A stretch of 62,925 nucleotides of DNA, filler included, from Reticulomyxa filosa (GCA_000512085.1; 20 parts of 20 records of this genome joined end to end with filler, not necessarily neighbours in it), one strand, 5' to 3'; positions 25,598 to 38,361 are shown, counted from the whole stretch's first letter. The notes: generated by a model not told the origin, from the letters alone. Translations and numbers: made by a program.

Positions 25598-27250
25598 ACT
25601 GCGATAATGAACTTGTCCGGTCCCTGGTAAGAGGAAAATTCAACTTCTGAACAACCACACGCACAGTGAAAAAAAGAATTTGGAGATGATAATGACACAT
25701 TTAAAAAAAATCACCGGCTTTTAAAACAAAGTCTAACTGCGTAAGAAAGCGCAGAAAAGCAACTTGTCTTCGACGGATCGAATACGAACAACGCGATGAC
25801 TGAGACAGGTATCCCAATGCTTGAACCAATGTATGTTATCGTTTGGATTTTTTTCGTGGGATTTGCCAGCTGCAACCAGATGCTGCAGAGCCAAAATAAC
25901 AGCAATGCAGTGCTCTTCTTTATCAAATACATTGGACAACTGACAACGACCCCCAGCACAACAGGAGTCCTTGCAGGCGAATCCTTTTAACTCGGTTTCT
26001 TCTTGTTTGTTTTATTTTTGTGATATTTATTCATATATGCACGTACACATACACATACACATATAATCTCTTTTAAAAATATACACTTGTAAGCAAGTCA
26101 GGATAGGACTCTATCAATTCGGCAAGCGACTTTCCTCGTTTTTGTTTATATCGTTGTTCATATGTTTCCGTGTCAATATCAGGAACAGAAAAGTACGACG
26201 TATAAACAGCAGCTTTTTCTTTTGCTGACAAGGCATCCCATAAATCCAAGCGCATACACCACTTGACTTCCATATTTACTTAGCACATTTGTGGTATTCG
26301 TGTTAGGGTTTCCATTTGCTTCAAAAAAGTCAGTAGCCTTTTGTTCCAGGGACTCCAAATCGACAAATTTGGTATACTTTTGCAAATTGCATGATATTGT
26401 TGTTGTTTTTGTAAGCCAAAAAAAAAAATATGTTTGTTTGGTGGTGTCGAAATTAATTAAGAAAGTAAACTGCGTCAATGATGTGAGAAAAGTTCAACAC
26501 AAGTCGCAAGATGACCGGAGGGAGCTCCGTGCACGTTTCACACAGCTCGTCAAACAAATACGGTGGCAAAATCCAATAAAAATTGCTAACTTGGAAAAAT
26601 CCGTTTATCAATGACTTCACTGATATAGCCGAGTTACCATATGGAAAAAAATGCTGCAATTCAATTCGTACTCTCCAATCATCTTTTTTTTTTATTTTTT
26701 TTTTTTTAGAGATGCAAAAAAAAAAATAACAATATCCTACCTTTTTTTATATCATTCACAATCAATTGTATCGCAACAATGAAATGGCCCACTTGATAAC
26801 GCTCGCATGCCACGTAAACATATTGAGGCTTATATTGATCTGTTACCATTGATATTGGACACGCAGACTCAAAAATACCACGATACATTATGTTTATTTT
26901 GTACTTCATATCGTAGAAATATAATACTGGCACTGCGTGACATGATAGTACAATCACATCAAAGAAACTGTCTTTGATTGTGTCATTTGGGGTAGAGCTT
27001 ATACTCATTATATCAAACGCCTGAATTTTACGATTGAAGTCGTAATGAGAGCCAATCAAACCGTGTTCTTGAGTGGTATCTTTTGTTTCATACAATATAG
27101 GCTCTCCTGTTAATTCGTCCACACCAACCCGCTCTTCGCGGGCTGTTATGCGACGAAATGATAATAGATCTATTTTGGACATGTAAATCTTTGAAATATT
27201 CTGCGTGGCTTCCCTCTCCAAAAAAGCAACACGCGTTCTCCATTTGATTA
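25598..27250 (-). CDS. Hypothetical multi-exon protein fragment
   Basis: Series of minus-strand ORF blocks (26706-27221, 26453-26659, 26073-26273, 25711-25959) separated by A/T-run introns. No family recognised. Confidence 0.45.
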
Positions 27251-27946
27251 ATATTGAATCTCAAGTTTTTAAATTTATTATGGATTGAGTGCACATTGAT
27301 AAAAGATTTTTCAAGCTTTCAAGACAAATGACAAGTTTTACAAGAATGTAACTTATTCTTAAATTAAAATGAAAATCCANNNNNNNNNNNNNNNNNNNNN
27401 NNNNNNNNNNNNNNNNNNNNNNNTTAATTAATTAANNNNNNNNNNNNNNNNNNNNNNNNNNNNNNNNNNNNNNNNNNNNTTTTTTTTTCAATTTTTGTAA
27501 TAACGAAAAAGTAAAAATATAGCTTGATTTAAATACAACAACATCATTTTGTATTGTAACAGATATTTAATGAGAAGATAAAAGTTTATTTCAGTAAAAT
27601 AATTCATCATAATTTGAAGGCATAGTCAACAATTAAACCATGTTTTTTGTATAAATTATGTAAGTCTATACTATCAGTTGTTCGATTTTTTACTTCATTA
27701 GACAGTGAGTGAATATAAAAAAATTAAAATAAAGTTCAATTTTTATCGTTATTATTACTTTTGTATTCATAATTTACTTTATTCACAATATAAAATTTCC
27801 ACAATTTCTTTTAATTTGTTGAATGGAAAAGATAAGACAGTAAATTGATATTTGTGAAAAATTGTAATACGCAACTCTTTTTTGAAACAAGTTAAAACAT
27901 CATTCCCTTTTTTTTTTTAAAAATAAATTGCATTAATATTACCAAT

Positions 27947-29367
27947 ATGGGTAATCAAAACACAGCACAAAAATCTATTGAAAGAAACTGTGAACAAAGT
28001 CAAAATATTACTTCAACTTACTTTGAAAGTTTGAAGGATATGCCTGTTTCACTTTCAAAGTCTCAATGTGTATTGCACAAACACGAAATCCTTATTTGTG
28101 GAGGTTGGAACAAAAGAGAATGTTATTCTTATCATCTGCTCAAAGATGAATATAAGTTTATTTGTAAGTATCCAAGAGATGTTATAGTAGCAGGACACTG
28201 TATAGTGAAACTGGTAGATAACAACAACGAAGACAGCAATCAGATCACCCTGTTGTCTTTTGGTGGATACGTACGTTCAAAAAAGCATACATTGGTAATG
28301 AAATATATAAGTGTTTGGAGTAACGACAGTAATGGAAAAGAAATAAATAAATCGAAGAATTCAAAGAAATTAAAGGATTCAAGCGATTACAATAAATGGG
28401 TCCCTTTCACAAATAATGACAATAATCCAATCATCATTGGAAGAAATACAGATCATTATAATGGAGCGCGTGCAGTGATTGGTGGAAGCAATAGCCATTT
28501 GTTATTTATTACTTATCATCCATGGAATATTAGTGTGTTTGATTTAAATACATTTCAATTTATTAAACATAATGATTTACCGGCAAAAAATGAAATATGG
28601 TATCATTGCTTTGTATCAAAGTCAGCAAAAAAAAATGAAGAAAATAAGAGTAAAAGGAATAAAAATGATGAAGAAATGTTGTTATTTTGTGAGCAAACAG
28701 GATTATCAATTAGATATGATGAAGACAACAACACTTTTCAATTTTATCAATTACCTGTTTGTGATGATATTACAGCATTTCGTCAATATGCATATGTATG
28801 CACCAATGATAGCATATTGTTATTTGGCGGATATGGTTGGAAAAATGGTGAATGTGCTGTCTCAACAGCAGCGCACAAGTATTTTATACAAGAAAGAAGA
28901 TGGATTACATTTAATAATGCCTTTTCTATTCCATTGCATAATTGCGTTGGGTTATTAAATGAAGACAACAATAATATACACGTAATTGGAGGAAATAATA
29001 ATAGCAATATCGCAGTAGCAGTGCACATAAAGACAAAGACGAGTGTATGGATTGATTCTTCACAATTGGTAGTCTTCATTTTGATCTTTCAAAACTATCT
29101 TATTTTATTTTTTTTTTTGTAGTCAAATATACATTAATTTTGTTTGTATGCAACTGGATCAACAGTCGAAAAGTGAACTAAAATGCATTATCCAACACTG
29201 GATTCGAGTTTTAAAGATAAAATTAGGATGGATAGATGACTTTAACAAAATCATTGTCAAATATGTTAAGTAATGTTTTATATACAAATGTATATAAATA
29301 ACTGGGCTACTACATAATTTACATTTTTTAAATAGATGAGAGGTTTTCAATTGTTAATGATTTTACA
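27947..29367 (+). CDS. Kelch/galactose-oxidase-type beta-propeller protein with MG N-terminus, followed by a helical 'HWIR...LGWIDDF' exon; 3'-truncated
   Basis: Kelch GG motifs ('ILICGGW', 'LLSFGG', 'AVIGG', 'LLFGGY', 'IHVIGG'). Exon ~29159-29263 'LKCIIQHWIRVLKIKLGWIDDFNKIIVKY|gttaag', next exon 'MRGFQLLMIL' at the contig end. Confidence 0.8.
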
Positions 29368-29489
29368 NNNNNNNNNNNNNNNNNNNNNNNNNNNNNNNNN
29401 NNNNNNNNNNNTTAATTAATTAANNNNNNNNNNNNNNNNNNNNNNNNNNNNNNNNNNNNNNNNNNNNAAAAAAAAAAAAAAAATCACTC

Positions 29490-30250
29490 CCCCTTTTGAC
29501 GCACCTGCTATTTTGTCGAAAAAGTCCAGATTTACGATCATATGGAAATGGCCCTTCTGATATCTCCCAAGACTTTTGCTGACCGTGACCTTGACCTACT
29601 TTTGGCGGTGCGGAATCGTGCAACGATGTCTGTGGCATCATCAGTTCGTCGGGTGCTTCGGGGTCAAGGTTGTTATCCAGTGCTATGTCGACTTCATTGT
29701 TGTTGTTTTCTTCTTCTTGATTCGCCGAGCTTGCTATTGTTTCATGCGTGTTTTTTATGTGCTGTTGTAATGCTTCGCTTGGGTTTTGCAGTTGGAATTT
29801 TCCTAAGTACATTTGCTGCTTCCAATGCAATGTCATCTGATCATTCCCTAGCTTCCAATCGAAATACAGAAACCACATTCGTGGAACTAATATTAATAAT
29901 AGTAACACTGGCAGTGCTGTTATCAACAGATGATTAGGTTCAAATTTGGGTAGAAACATTGCATACTGACATGCTGGTTGGATCACTTATTTTTTTTTTT
30001 TTTTTTTATGAGGTGGTGCAAAAAAAAAAAAAAAGAAAAATTTGAGAGGCAAGGAGGGGTTACCAGTAGTGCATAACAAAGATAAACCAACTATCGTGAG
30101 TATAAGATTAGGTCGTCTTTTGTGAACAAAGTCCACATGAGTGTAAACGTAAAATTGACGCATATGGAAAATGATTAATGGTGCAAACAATAAGTTTAGG
30201 CATGTCAAGATTAACCAATGCACTTTCACGGCACTTAGGTGGAATACCAT
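29490..30250 (-). CDS. N-terminal part of a multi-TM protein resembling the membrane region of TM-RGS proteins
   Basis: TM1, then 'FVHKRRPNL', TM2, an intron (29986-30062) and TM3 ending 'RMWFLYFDW'. Truncated at the contig edge. Confidence 0.5.
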
Positions 30251-30713
30251 CGAATATCTTTTTTTTGTTGGTGAAAGAACAACCGCGGAAAATTTTTTTG
30301 ACAAAATTTTTTGCAAAAAAAAAAAAAAGCAAATAATGATATAATTGCAAAGTTATCCAAATTTCTAGCTTGTGAAAAGAGAAATGCAATGAAAAATTGG
30401 CTGTTTCAAACAACATTTGGGAATCGATGTGAGAAAAAGTTTTCTGGCTTGGTTTTAAACATACTTATCGCAGTCTTTTTTTAAACGTATATCAAGAGGA
30501 TCAATGCCTAGTGAAATAGTAAAGGTTTTGAAAAATTGTTCATAATACAACTGCTTTTTGTTTGAAAGGGAAAAAAAGAAGTAAATTGTTGTGGTGTTTG
30601 ATGTGTTTTTTTAATGAAAAGTTTTAGTTTTGTACTAATAACATCGCAACGAATATTTTTTTTTGGACATCAACAGATGATGCCAGCAGTCCAGACAATC
30701 AAAGGTTCGTGTA

Positions 30714-31147
30714 TCACATATCATCTTTCGTTTTAGACTCGGATTCATCACTGGCGTCTTGTTCTTCTTTCTCTTTGTCATCATCTCCCCACCACCACTT
30801 TGGAATGTCCACTCCAGTTTTGTCATTAATAACAGTAAACATGGGTGAAAGTAGGGGTGACGTTTTAGATGCAACAAAAAGAGTGATTGGAAGGATTGCA
30901 TTGTCATAGACCCAATCACTGCAAGGTTGGATATATTGTTTTCCCCATGACGTTGACACTAAGACTAAATAAATGAAATATAGCAAGAATAAGGTGAGCA
31001 AAAACTCCCAAAAGGTTTCGTTCCATAAATAATACCACTTGGGACGTGGATGATATTCTTCTTCCTCTGGTATTTCATAATTGGTTACTTCCTCAGTTCC
31101 TTCAAAGTGGAACGAGAATACATAACATACAAACACAAATGAATTGC

Positions 31148-31179
<32 letters not shown>

Positions 31180-32723
31180 TATATGTACATATATAATATA
31201 TTGTGTATTTATTTATATAAACATAAATTTTTTTTTTTTTTTTTTTTAATTAAATAAAGTGGCGACTTTGTCATACCTTCTTTCACTTGTTGTGATGGTT
31301 TTACATTGACAACAAATTCCACAGCTTTGTCAGCACCCAAATAAGAGTCACATTTTGCGACGAGAATGTAAGGATATTGTCCTGGTCCTCTCATCATGCG
31401 GAAGTGCAAATCGATAATTTTCTTGCTCGTGAGCGCTGGAATGGCACATTGATCGACCACAGCGGGCACCATTTTGTCCACCAGCATGACCATCCATTTT
31501 TCGCGGACACGAAAAGGGAAGCGATTTACATGCACGACAGGAGCATTTTCGCGAAGAATTTGCAGTCGTTGTTTTTCGTCCATCTCACCGTCCACAAAAT
31601 CGAGTCCATGTTCGTCTTCGTATTGTCCTACATCTGTGTCATTTTTTGATTCTTGTTTTTCTTTTTCTTTTCGCTTTCTGTCAAACTCAGGGGGCGTCAT
31701 TGCCTCAACCGTTACTATCTTTTTCAAGTCCACCGTCCAAGGTTCGTGCAACCGGTTCAATTCAACGGTCACTGTGATGATATCTCCTTCGTGTACTTCC
31801 TTCTCATCGTACGTGCGTGCGCAATACTGCATTTGCACGACTATTTGTAATTTCGTCACAAGAGTAAGCAAACTCAATTGAGTGCATACAGTTATATTGC
31901 AATACACATATAAATAAATAAATAAATATATATATATATGTATATATATGAATATATATATGTATATATACATATACATATATACACTATAATATTTGTA
32001 CGATATTACCTGGATACATTCGCGTCATAGCCTCTGCATGATTAATCATCTGCTCAATTTCTGCACTATTCAATTGCTTCCCTGGGGGCAATATGTTCAG
32101 ATCCTTTACTGTTTTGGCTATCGTTTCGAAGAGAGAGAGAGAGAGATAGAGGAGAAGAAACAAGCAAGCAAACAAACAAGCAAGCAAACAAACAAATTTG
32201 CAAATGTTGTCAAACTTCACTCACTTTTTTAAAAAGCATTGCTTAACGTTGATCTGGTGTTTTGGAGTCAGGTGACTGTGCATTTTCGGACTCGCTGATC
32301 AAATGGCTGACATCATTGGACCCCTTTGTGTAAGCCTCGGAGAGGATCTCTCTCAGTTTGACTGGATCCAATGAATTCAATTGTGTCAAGTCAAAAAAGC
32401 CTTTAGTATTCAATAATTTTTCGATGCCGAGAGTCCAGTGTGGCAATTGTTTCAACTTGGGTTCAAACGGCCAAACACCTTGCACAACGGCTTGTTTGAC
32501 CTGGATCAGCTGCGTGCCTTGCGCCCAGTAGCGCTCTCTGGACAAGGTCATATCGATCATCACGTCCAACAGACGAGGGGCTTCTTGGAGCACAAACAAG
32601 TATTCATCATGCAGCACTTCCGGGATTGGCAAGCCCATCAAATGTGCCGTCAACAGTGCGCATGATTTCTTAACATATGACGCTTCAAACACGTTTTCTA
32701 ATTCTGTGTTCTTTCCCATTTCA
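30714..32723 (-). CDS. SEC63: Sec63 (Brl)-domain protein, C-terminal portion, about 4 exons
   Basis: 'KSCALLTAHL...APRLLDVMI...QAVVQGVW...LKQLPH', 'GDIITVTVELNR', 'APVVHVNRFPFRVREKW' and 'PGQYPYILVAKCDSYLGAD'. Confidence 0.78.
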
Positions 32724-32762
<39 letters not shown>

Positions 32763-33330
32763 NNNNNNNNNNNNNNNNNNNNNNNNNNNNNNNNNNNNNN
32801 NNNNNNTTAATTAATTAANNNNNNNNNNNNNNNNNNNNNNNNNNNNNNNNNNNNNNNNNNNNTCAAACAAAGGAGAATCAGATTTTGTACTATAAATATT
32901 ACACTTCAATGCATCAAATGCAGAAACAATAATGCATCATAATATCCTTGTGATAAAAGAGACAATTAATTACTCAGAAACCTGATTGATGCTTCTGACC
33001 AATCATTCATATATTAATTTTTTAAAATGTTTTTCGCGCCATTTTAATGTTGTAATTTTATTATTGCAGTGACACTCCAACTGTGACAAGCAATTGACAT
33101 AGCATAATGCAAAAAAACTTTAAATTTTTTTATTTTTACCAAAATAAATCTTAATGTCTAGAGCAAAATATGCATTTTCACACTGATTTGTTTACATGTA
33201 AATAAACTGAATGCTAATAAAACATGGCATTGATTAAATAAGATTTTTGTTATTAGTGAAAAGGCAGAAATGAAAAATTGTATTTAGGTAAAAGATTGTC
33301 AACTATGACTCTATTGTGTAGCACTTGTGT

Positions 33331-33714
33331 TATACAGTATGTTGCACAAAAAATTGTCATACTTAAATGGTACAAATATGAAGAGAACTAATTTTCTACA
33401 TGAAAAACATTTAAAATTATTTTTTAAAAAATACATACAAATAGTAGTTTTTAAATATGAAATTGGTTTTATGATAGCTTTTTTTTGTGTTGGTTAAAAT
33501 CAATGTTTTTCACATGATTTTTCAAAATTTCTCAATAATTATATAAATCAAAAATATATTACAATATGAAATTTTAAATTTTTTGTTTCTTTTAAGATAT
33601 CCAAGTTATATATTTTTTAAAAATTAGTTTTAAATGTTTATTTTTCATGTAGAAAATCGATTTTCTTCATAGTTGTGACATTTATGTATTACACTTTTTT
33701 CAACATAATGTATA
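33331..33714. repeat. Diverged long inverted repeat (arms ~33331-33437 and ~33607-33714)
   Basis: Left arm '...tatgaagagaactaattttctacatgaaaaacatttaaaattattttttaaaaaata' versus reverse complement of the right arm '...tatgaagaaaatcgattttctacatgaaaaataaacatttaaaactaatttttaaaaaata'. Confidence 0.8.
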
Positions 33715-34513
33715 TTGTATTTGATTAATTTGTCTTTTTACACTCAATATTTTACAATTTCTTTTTTATCTTTAGTAAATATTAACTCTATTATACAACT
33801 TACTTTAAATTGTCTACAAACATTATTAGTCAGTAAATTGGCAATTATATGTGGTCAATTATTTCATAAAGATTACAGTGATTATTATTATTTACAGCGT
33901 AATTTTTACTAAAGTAAATTAACTGTTTAAGTACTAGTGTTATATCATGTTATCAATAATCTTATGTAGAATAATTCACTTGATATTAATGCATGATTCT
34001 TCAACATCTTTGTGATGTTTAATCTACACCAAATTTGATCATTTATTAGAAAAGTTTTAAAGTTTTCGCCTTTGAACGGCACAACGAAGAGGCGTTGTTT
34101 GTGTCAGGAATGGATGCAATCAAGGTACATATGATTGTGGCATCTTTTTCCTTACACGTTATATTAAAAATATCTGTTTTAGCATTTTGTTTTATAAACT
34201 CACCACTCTCCGATACACTTTGATAAATGATTATTTTCCAAATAAATGTGATTGCTATGAAAATGCATTAAATAAATAGTTCACTGGAGTGCAACAATAC
34301 CAAGAAGAAAATCAAGGAAAAAAAAATTGACAAGGGAATAAGTTTAAAATGTGGTTGATAAAGAGAGAACAAGAGTATCCAAGCAAGCAAAACAACAACA
34401 AAAAAAAGTTCAATGTCTCAAACTGAAATATTAAGCATTTTTGTTTGTTTTTTTTTTTCCTGTACAGAGTCTGGCATAGCACATTTGTATCCAAAACAAA
34501 AAGGAAAAATTCC

Positions 34514-34910
34514 TTAAGCTGCACGGGCAGCACCCTCATCTTTTGCTTTCTTCATTTCCTGGAGGGACACCAATATGTACACAAATGCAAATATAGTGGC
34601 TATGATCATGAGTATAAATGAGCTAGCGATCCAAGGGGGGAAACAAACACACATACACAGAAGAAGGTATTTGGTTTAACAATGTGATAAAATCTAGTAA
34701 TGTTTGGAAGAAAAAAAAGAAAAAAAAAGAATCATGGACATACCTTCCCAATTGATTGAAATGGTCGGGTATGGGACTACCAACAAGAGTGACAAAAGCA
34801 ACAAGAGTGCATATCATCCCCCATGAAGCAAGACCGATACAAACCCATCGCATTGCTGATTTATGTAGCAAAAGGGAGGACCCGATAACAAACCCGCACA
34901 ATCCATATGA

Positions 34911-34945
<35 letters not shown>

Positions 34946-35678
34946 CATATATATATATGGCATGAAAATATACGTGTATATTTATTGTAAACAGCACAGC
35001 ACGAAAAAACATAGTTACCAAAGGGGTACTACGATATTTGGCATATGCATATATGAAAACAACACACAAAAAAAAAAACTCTGTCAAATGTACGAAACGA
35101 TGTGAGACTAATTGTCGAAATTCAGTTCTGGAAATTAATATAAACAGTACGAAAAATGTCAGTACGCCTAATACGCCAAAGGCTGTCCACACCTTTTTTT
35201 TTTTTTTTTTTGGTTAGGTCCGTATCCCCCCCCTTCCTCCCCTCCTCGTCCCCAACACGGAAATTTCCCTTTTTTTAAAGAAACACATTACACAATATGC
35301 ACATATACAAAAAAAAAAAAAAAAAAAAAAAAGTTAAACTTCTGAAGCGAATACAATTTTTTTGCAATCCGATGTCGTGATACTCAATAGATTGAGGCTA
35401 ACTAATGTCTGACAACCATTGCTACTGGTGTAATCGACAGTGATGCTTGCAGTAGTACTTGTACTAGACCCTTGGGTCGTGTTGAGATTAAATGTTGTTG
35501 TAAACTTTATTTGTGAGCGGCCCAACGCCTCGTCGATCCCTTTGTCCTTTGCTGACGCCAGGCGGTCCACTCCTAACGCCGCGGCTATCAAGTTTATTGT
35601 GATAAAGAGTATCAGCAAACGCGAACGTCCGTATCCCACATCCGCTTTTTCCACGCCACATTTACAGGAGGTATCCAT
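34514..35678 (-). CDS. Four-TM claudin/amastin-like tetraspan membrane protein, about 4 exons
   Basis: TM1, a long first loop with two Cys (SNGCQ...SDCKK), TM2 'VWTAFGVLGVLTFFVLFILI', TM3, a short loop, and TM4 preceded by 'LG.SFILMIIATIFAF'. Confidence 0.5.
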
Positions 35679-35918
35679 TTCTTAGATGATGTTTGTTCAA
35701 AAAAGATTAGGGGAAAGTTCCTTTGACAACAACCTTGTTCGAGTTTTCGAAGTTTTAGAACTGTGGAGACTAGGTTTATTGGAATTATTTTTGTAAAACA
35801 GAGAAATTGCCTATTGTTTGAGAAGTTACAAAATAAACATGGAAGTCGGGTTCAAACTTTTGAAATAGATGCTTGCCAAAAAAAAAGGCTTTTTACGCGT
35901 TAAAAAAAGCCACAAAAT

Positions 35919-36413
35919 ATGGCGTCAATACTCTCAGAAAAAAATTCAAATCAGGGTTCAGGTAAACATCGAAAGCGGCGCAAAGCGGTAACAGAACACA
36001 CAGAAGTGCCAGTGGTACCGATGAGTGAGAAAGAGAGAAGACAAGAGAAAGTGCACGAGAACGAAGAAGAAAGGAAGTGCGAAGAAGAGAAGGAGGCGAC
36101 GACGACAGATCGAGAAATGGAAAAAAAGAAGGAAAGTGAAGAAAAGAGGAAAGGCATTGGACTTGAATCAAGTGAGTCGAAGGAAAGCAAGCCAATGGGA
36201 ATGACACAGACAGGATTGAATGATGATTTGGAATTAAAAGGAGCAGCGATGCATGTCCGCTCCCCTGCAAAGCACATGCCAGCATGTAACAAGCCAAGAC
36301 ACAGAAATATGCATGGAGGTGAGATACCAATGATGACAGAGCTCGACATCGAGAAGGTTCAGATTCAGATACAGACACAATGAGCAAAAGCGAAAGTGAA
36401 AGTGAAAGTGGAA
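35919..36413 (+). CDS. Hypothetical charged low-complexity protein, 5' fragment
   Basis: 154-aa Glu/Lys-rich ORF starting at ATG, divergent from the tetraspan gene. Confidence 0.4.
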
Positions 36414-36551
36414 NNNNNNNNNNNNNNNNNNNNNNNNNNNNNNNNNNNNNNNNNNNNTTAATTAATTAANNNNNNNNNNNNNNNNNNNNNNNNNNNNNNN
36501 NNNNNNNNNNNNNCCGCTTGCGCCTCACACCTCAGTAAGGTATGTACAAAC

Positions 36552-36583
36552 AAAAAAGCCCTATCACAGGATAGGGCTTTTTT
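36552..36583 (-). terminator. Rho-independent (bidirectional-type) terminator downstream of rpmA
   Basis: AAAAAA-GCCCTATC-acag-GATAGGGC-TTTTTT: a perfect 8-bp stem flanked by A6/T6. Confidence 0.9.
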
Positions 36584-36597
36584 CCGTCAACGCGAGA

Positions 36598-36874
36598 TTA
36601 CTCGGCGTCAACACCGGTGTACGGAACAACGGTAATGGTCTTGCGGTTGAAGGAGCCTTTAACGGCGAATTCAACGTAACCATCCACCTTGGCGAACAGG
36701 GTGTGGTCTTTGCCCATGCCGACGTTTTCGCCAGCGTGGAACTTGGTACCGCGCTGACGCACGATGATGGAACCTGCCGGGATCAGTTCGCCGCCGTAAA
36801 CCTTAACGCCCAGGCGTTTGGCTTCGGAGTCACGACCGTTGCGGGAGCTACCGCCTGCTTTTTTCGTGTGCCAT
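36598..36874 (-). CDS. rpmA: 50S ribosomal protein L27; 1-nt insertion after codon 3 (probable sequencing error)
   Basis: ATG GCA CAC (g) AAA AAA GCA gives [22 protein letters not shown]...[25 protein letters not shown]-like TAAGGA overlaps the rplU stop. Confidence 0.97.
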
Positions 36875-36886
36875 GTCTGTTTATCC

Positions 36887-37198
36887 TTACTTGGAAATCG
36901 CGTCGATGCGGATTTCGGTGAAGTTTTGACGGTGACCTTGGTGCTTCTGGTAGTGCTTACGACGACGCATCTTGAAGATACGTACCTTTTCGCCACGACC
37001 GTGGGCAACAACGGTAGCTTGTACTTTTGCGCCAGCTACCAGCGGGGCACCTACGGAAACCTGATCACCGTCCACAACCATCAGCACTTCTTCCAGTACG
37101 ATTTGGCTGTCGATGTCTGCAGGTATCTGTTCTACTTTGAGTTTTTCGCCAACGGCAACTTTGTATTGTTTACCGCCAGTTTTTACGACCGCATACAT
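36887..37198 (-). CDS. rplU: 50S ribosomal protein L21
   Basis: [14 protein letters not shown]...[16 protein letters not shown], 103 aa. AGGAG upstream. Confidence 0.98.
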   Translation of the reverse strand: MYAVVKTGGKQYKVAVGEKLKVEQIPADIDSQIVLEEVLMVVDGDQVSVGAPLVAGAKVQATVVAHGRGEKVRIFKMRRRKHYQKHQGHRQNFTEIRIDAISK

Positions 37199-37250
37199 TC
37201 GTATAGCTCCTAATATTCTGTCCACGCGCGGTGTGCGCGAGGAACGCAGC

Positions 37251-37279
37251 ACTATACGCAAGTGCCTGTTTGCTGTCAA
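37251..37279 (-). promoter_or_regulatory. sigma70 promoter of the rplU-rpmA operon
   Basis: Minus strand TTGACA (37279-37274), 17-bp spacer, TATAGT (37256-37251). Confidence 0.85.
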
Positions 37280-37389
37280 TTTTTTCTGTAAAACTACACG
37301 CCGCAACAGGCCGGCAATGGCAAGACCAGCGTGATATCTGCTAATATCGCGCGGTTTTCCAGCCAATTCCGATAAAGAACACGGTCGCG

Positions 37390-38361
37390 ATGACTTCTAC
37401 CCCGCACTTCCGCACGCTTGTAGCCGGCGACATGAACACGGTCGATCAGGCCATCCGCCAGCGCCTGCACTCCGATGTTGTCCTGATCCGCCAGGTAGCC
37501 GAGTACATCATCTCGGCCGGCGGCAAACGCCTGCGTCCGATGCTGACGCTGCTGGCCGGCCGCGCGCTGGGTTACGGCGACAAGCACCTGTTCGAGCTGG
37601 CTGCGATGATCGAATTCATCCATACCGCCACCCTGCTGCACGACGACGTGGTGGACGAGTCCGACATGCGCCGTGGCCGCCAGACCGCCAACGCGCTGTT
37701 CGGCAACGCCGCCAGCGTACTGGTAGGCGACTTCCTGTACACCCGCGCCTTCCAGATGATGGTGTCCACCGGCAGCATGCGCATCCTGGAAGTGATGGCC
37801 GACGCCACCAACATCATCGCCGAAGGCGAGGTGCTGCAGCTGCTGAACATCGGCAACGTGGACGTCAGCGAAGACGACTACCTGAAAGTGATCCAGTACA
37901 AGACCGCCAAGCTGTTCGAGGCCGCTACCCGCGTCGGCGCCATCATCGCCGCCGCCACGCCGGAGCAAGAGCAAGCGCTGGCCGAGTACGGCATGCACCT
38001 GGGCACCGCCTTCCAGATCATCGACGACGTACTGGATTACAGCGGCGACGCCGCCACCATCGGCAAGAGCCTGGGTGACGACCTGGCCGAAGGCAAGCCC
38101 ACGCTGCCGCTGATTTACACCATGCGCCAAGGCCCGGCCGACGCCGCCACCGTGGTACGCGAAGCGCTGGAAGCGGCCAACCGCGAGCGTTTCAATGACG
38201 TGCTGGCTGCGGTACAATCCTGCGGCGCGCTGGACTACGCCCGTCACGAAGCCGAAAAAGCCGCCGAACGCGCGGTGGCCGTGCTGGCCCCGCTGCCCGA
38301 CAGCGAGCACAAGGCGGCGCTGGTGGAAATCGCCCGCCTGTCGGTAGCGCGCAACGCCTGA
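37390..38361 (+). CDS. ispB: Octaprenyl/polyprenyl diphosphate synthase
   Basis: 'GGKRLRP', FARM 'LLHDDVVD...RRG', SARM 'FQIIDDVLD'. Classic divergent position next to rplU in proteobacteria. Confidence 0.96.
   Translation: MTSTPHFRTLVAGDMNTVDQAIRQRLHSDVVLIRQVAEYIISAGGKRLRPMLTLLAGRALGYGDKHLFELAAMIEFIHTATLLHDDVVDESDMRRGRQTANALFGNAASVLVGDFLYTRAFQMMVSTGSMRILEVMADATNIIAEGEVLQLLNIGNVDVSEDDYLKVIQYKTAKLFEAATRVGAIIAAATPEQEQALAEYGMHLGTAFQIIDDVLDYSGDAATIGKSLGDDLAEGKPTLPLIYTMRQGPADAATVVREALEAANRERFNDVLAAVQSCGALDYARHEAEKAAERAVAVLAPLPDSEHKAALVEIARLSVARNA

Noticed and set aside
36598-37011. 137-aa N-terminally extended L27 overlapping rplU
   Set aside because: Artefact of the 1-nt insertion. The true start is the ATG at 36874 with its own SD.
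37294-38310. 338-aa antisense ORF opposite ispB
   Set aside because: Shadow ORF caused by high-GC3 codon bias of ispB.
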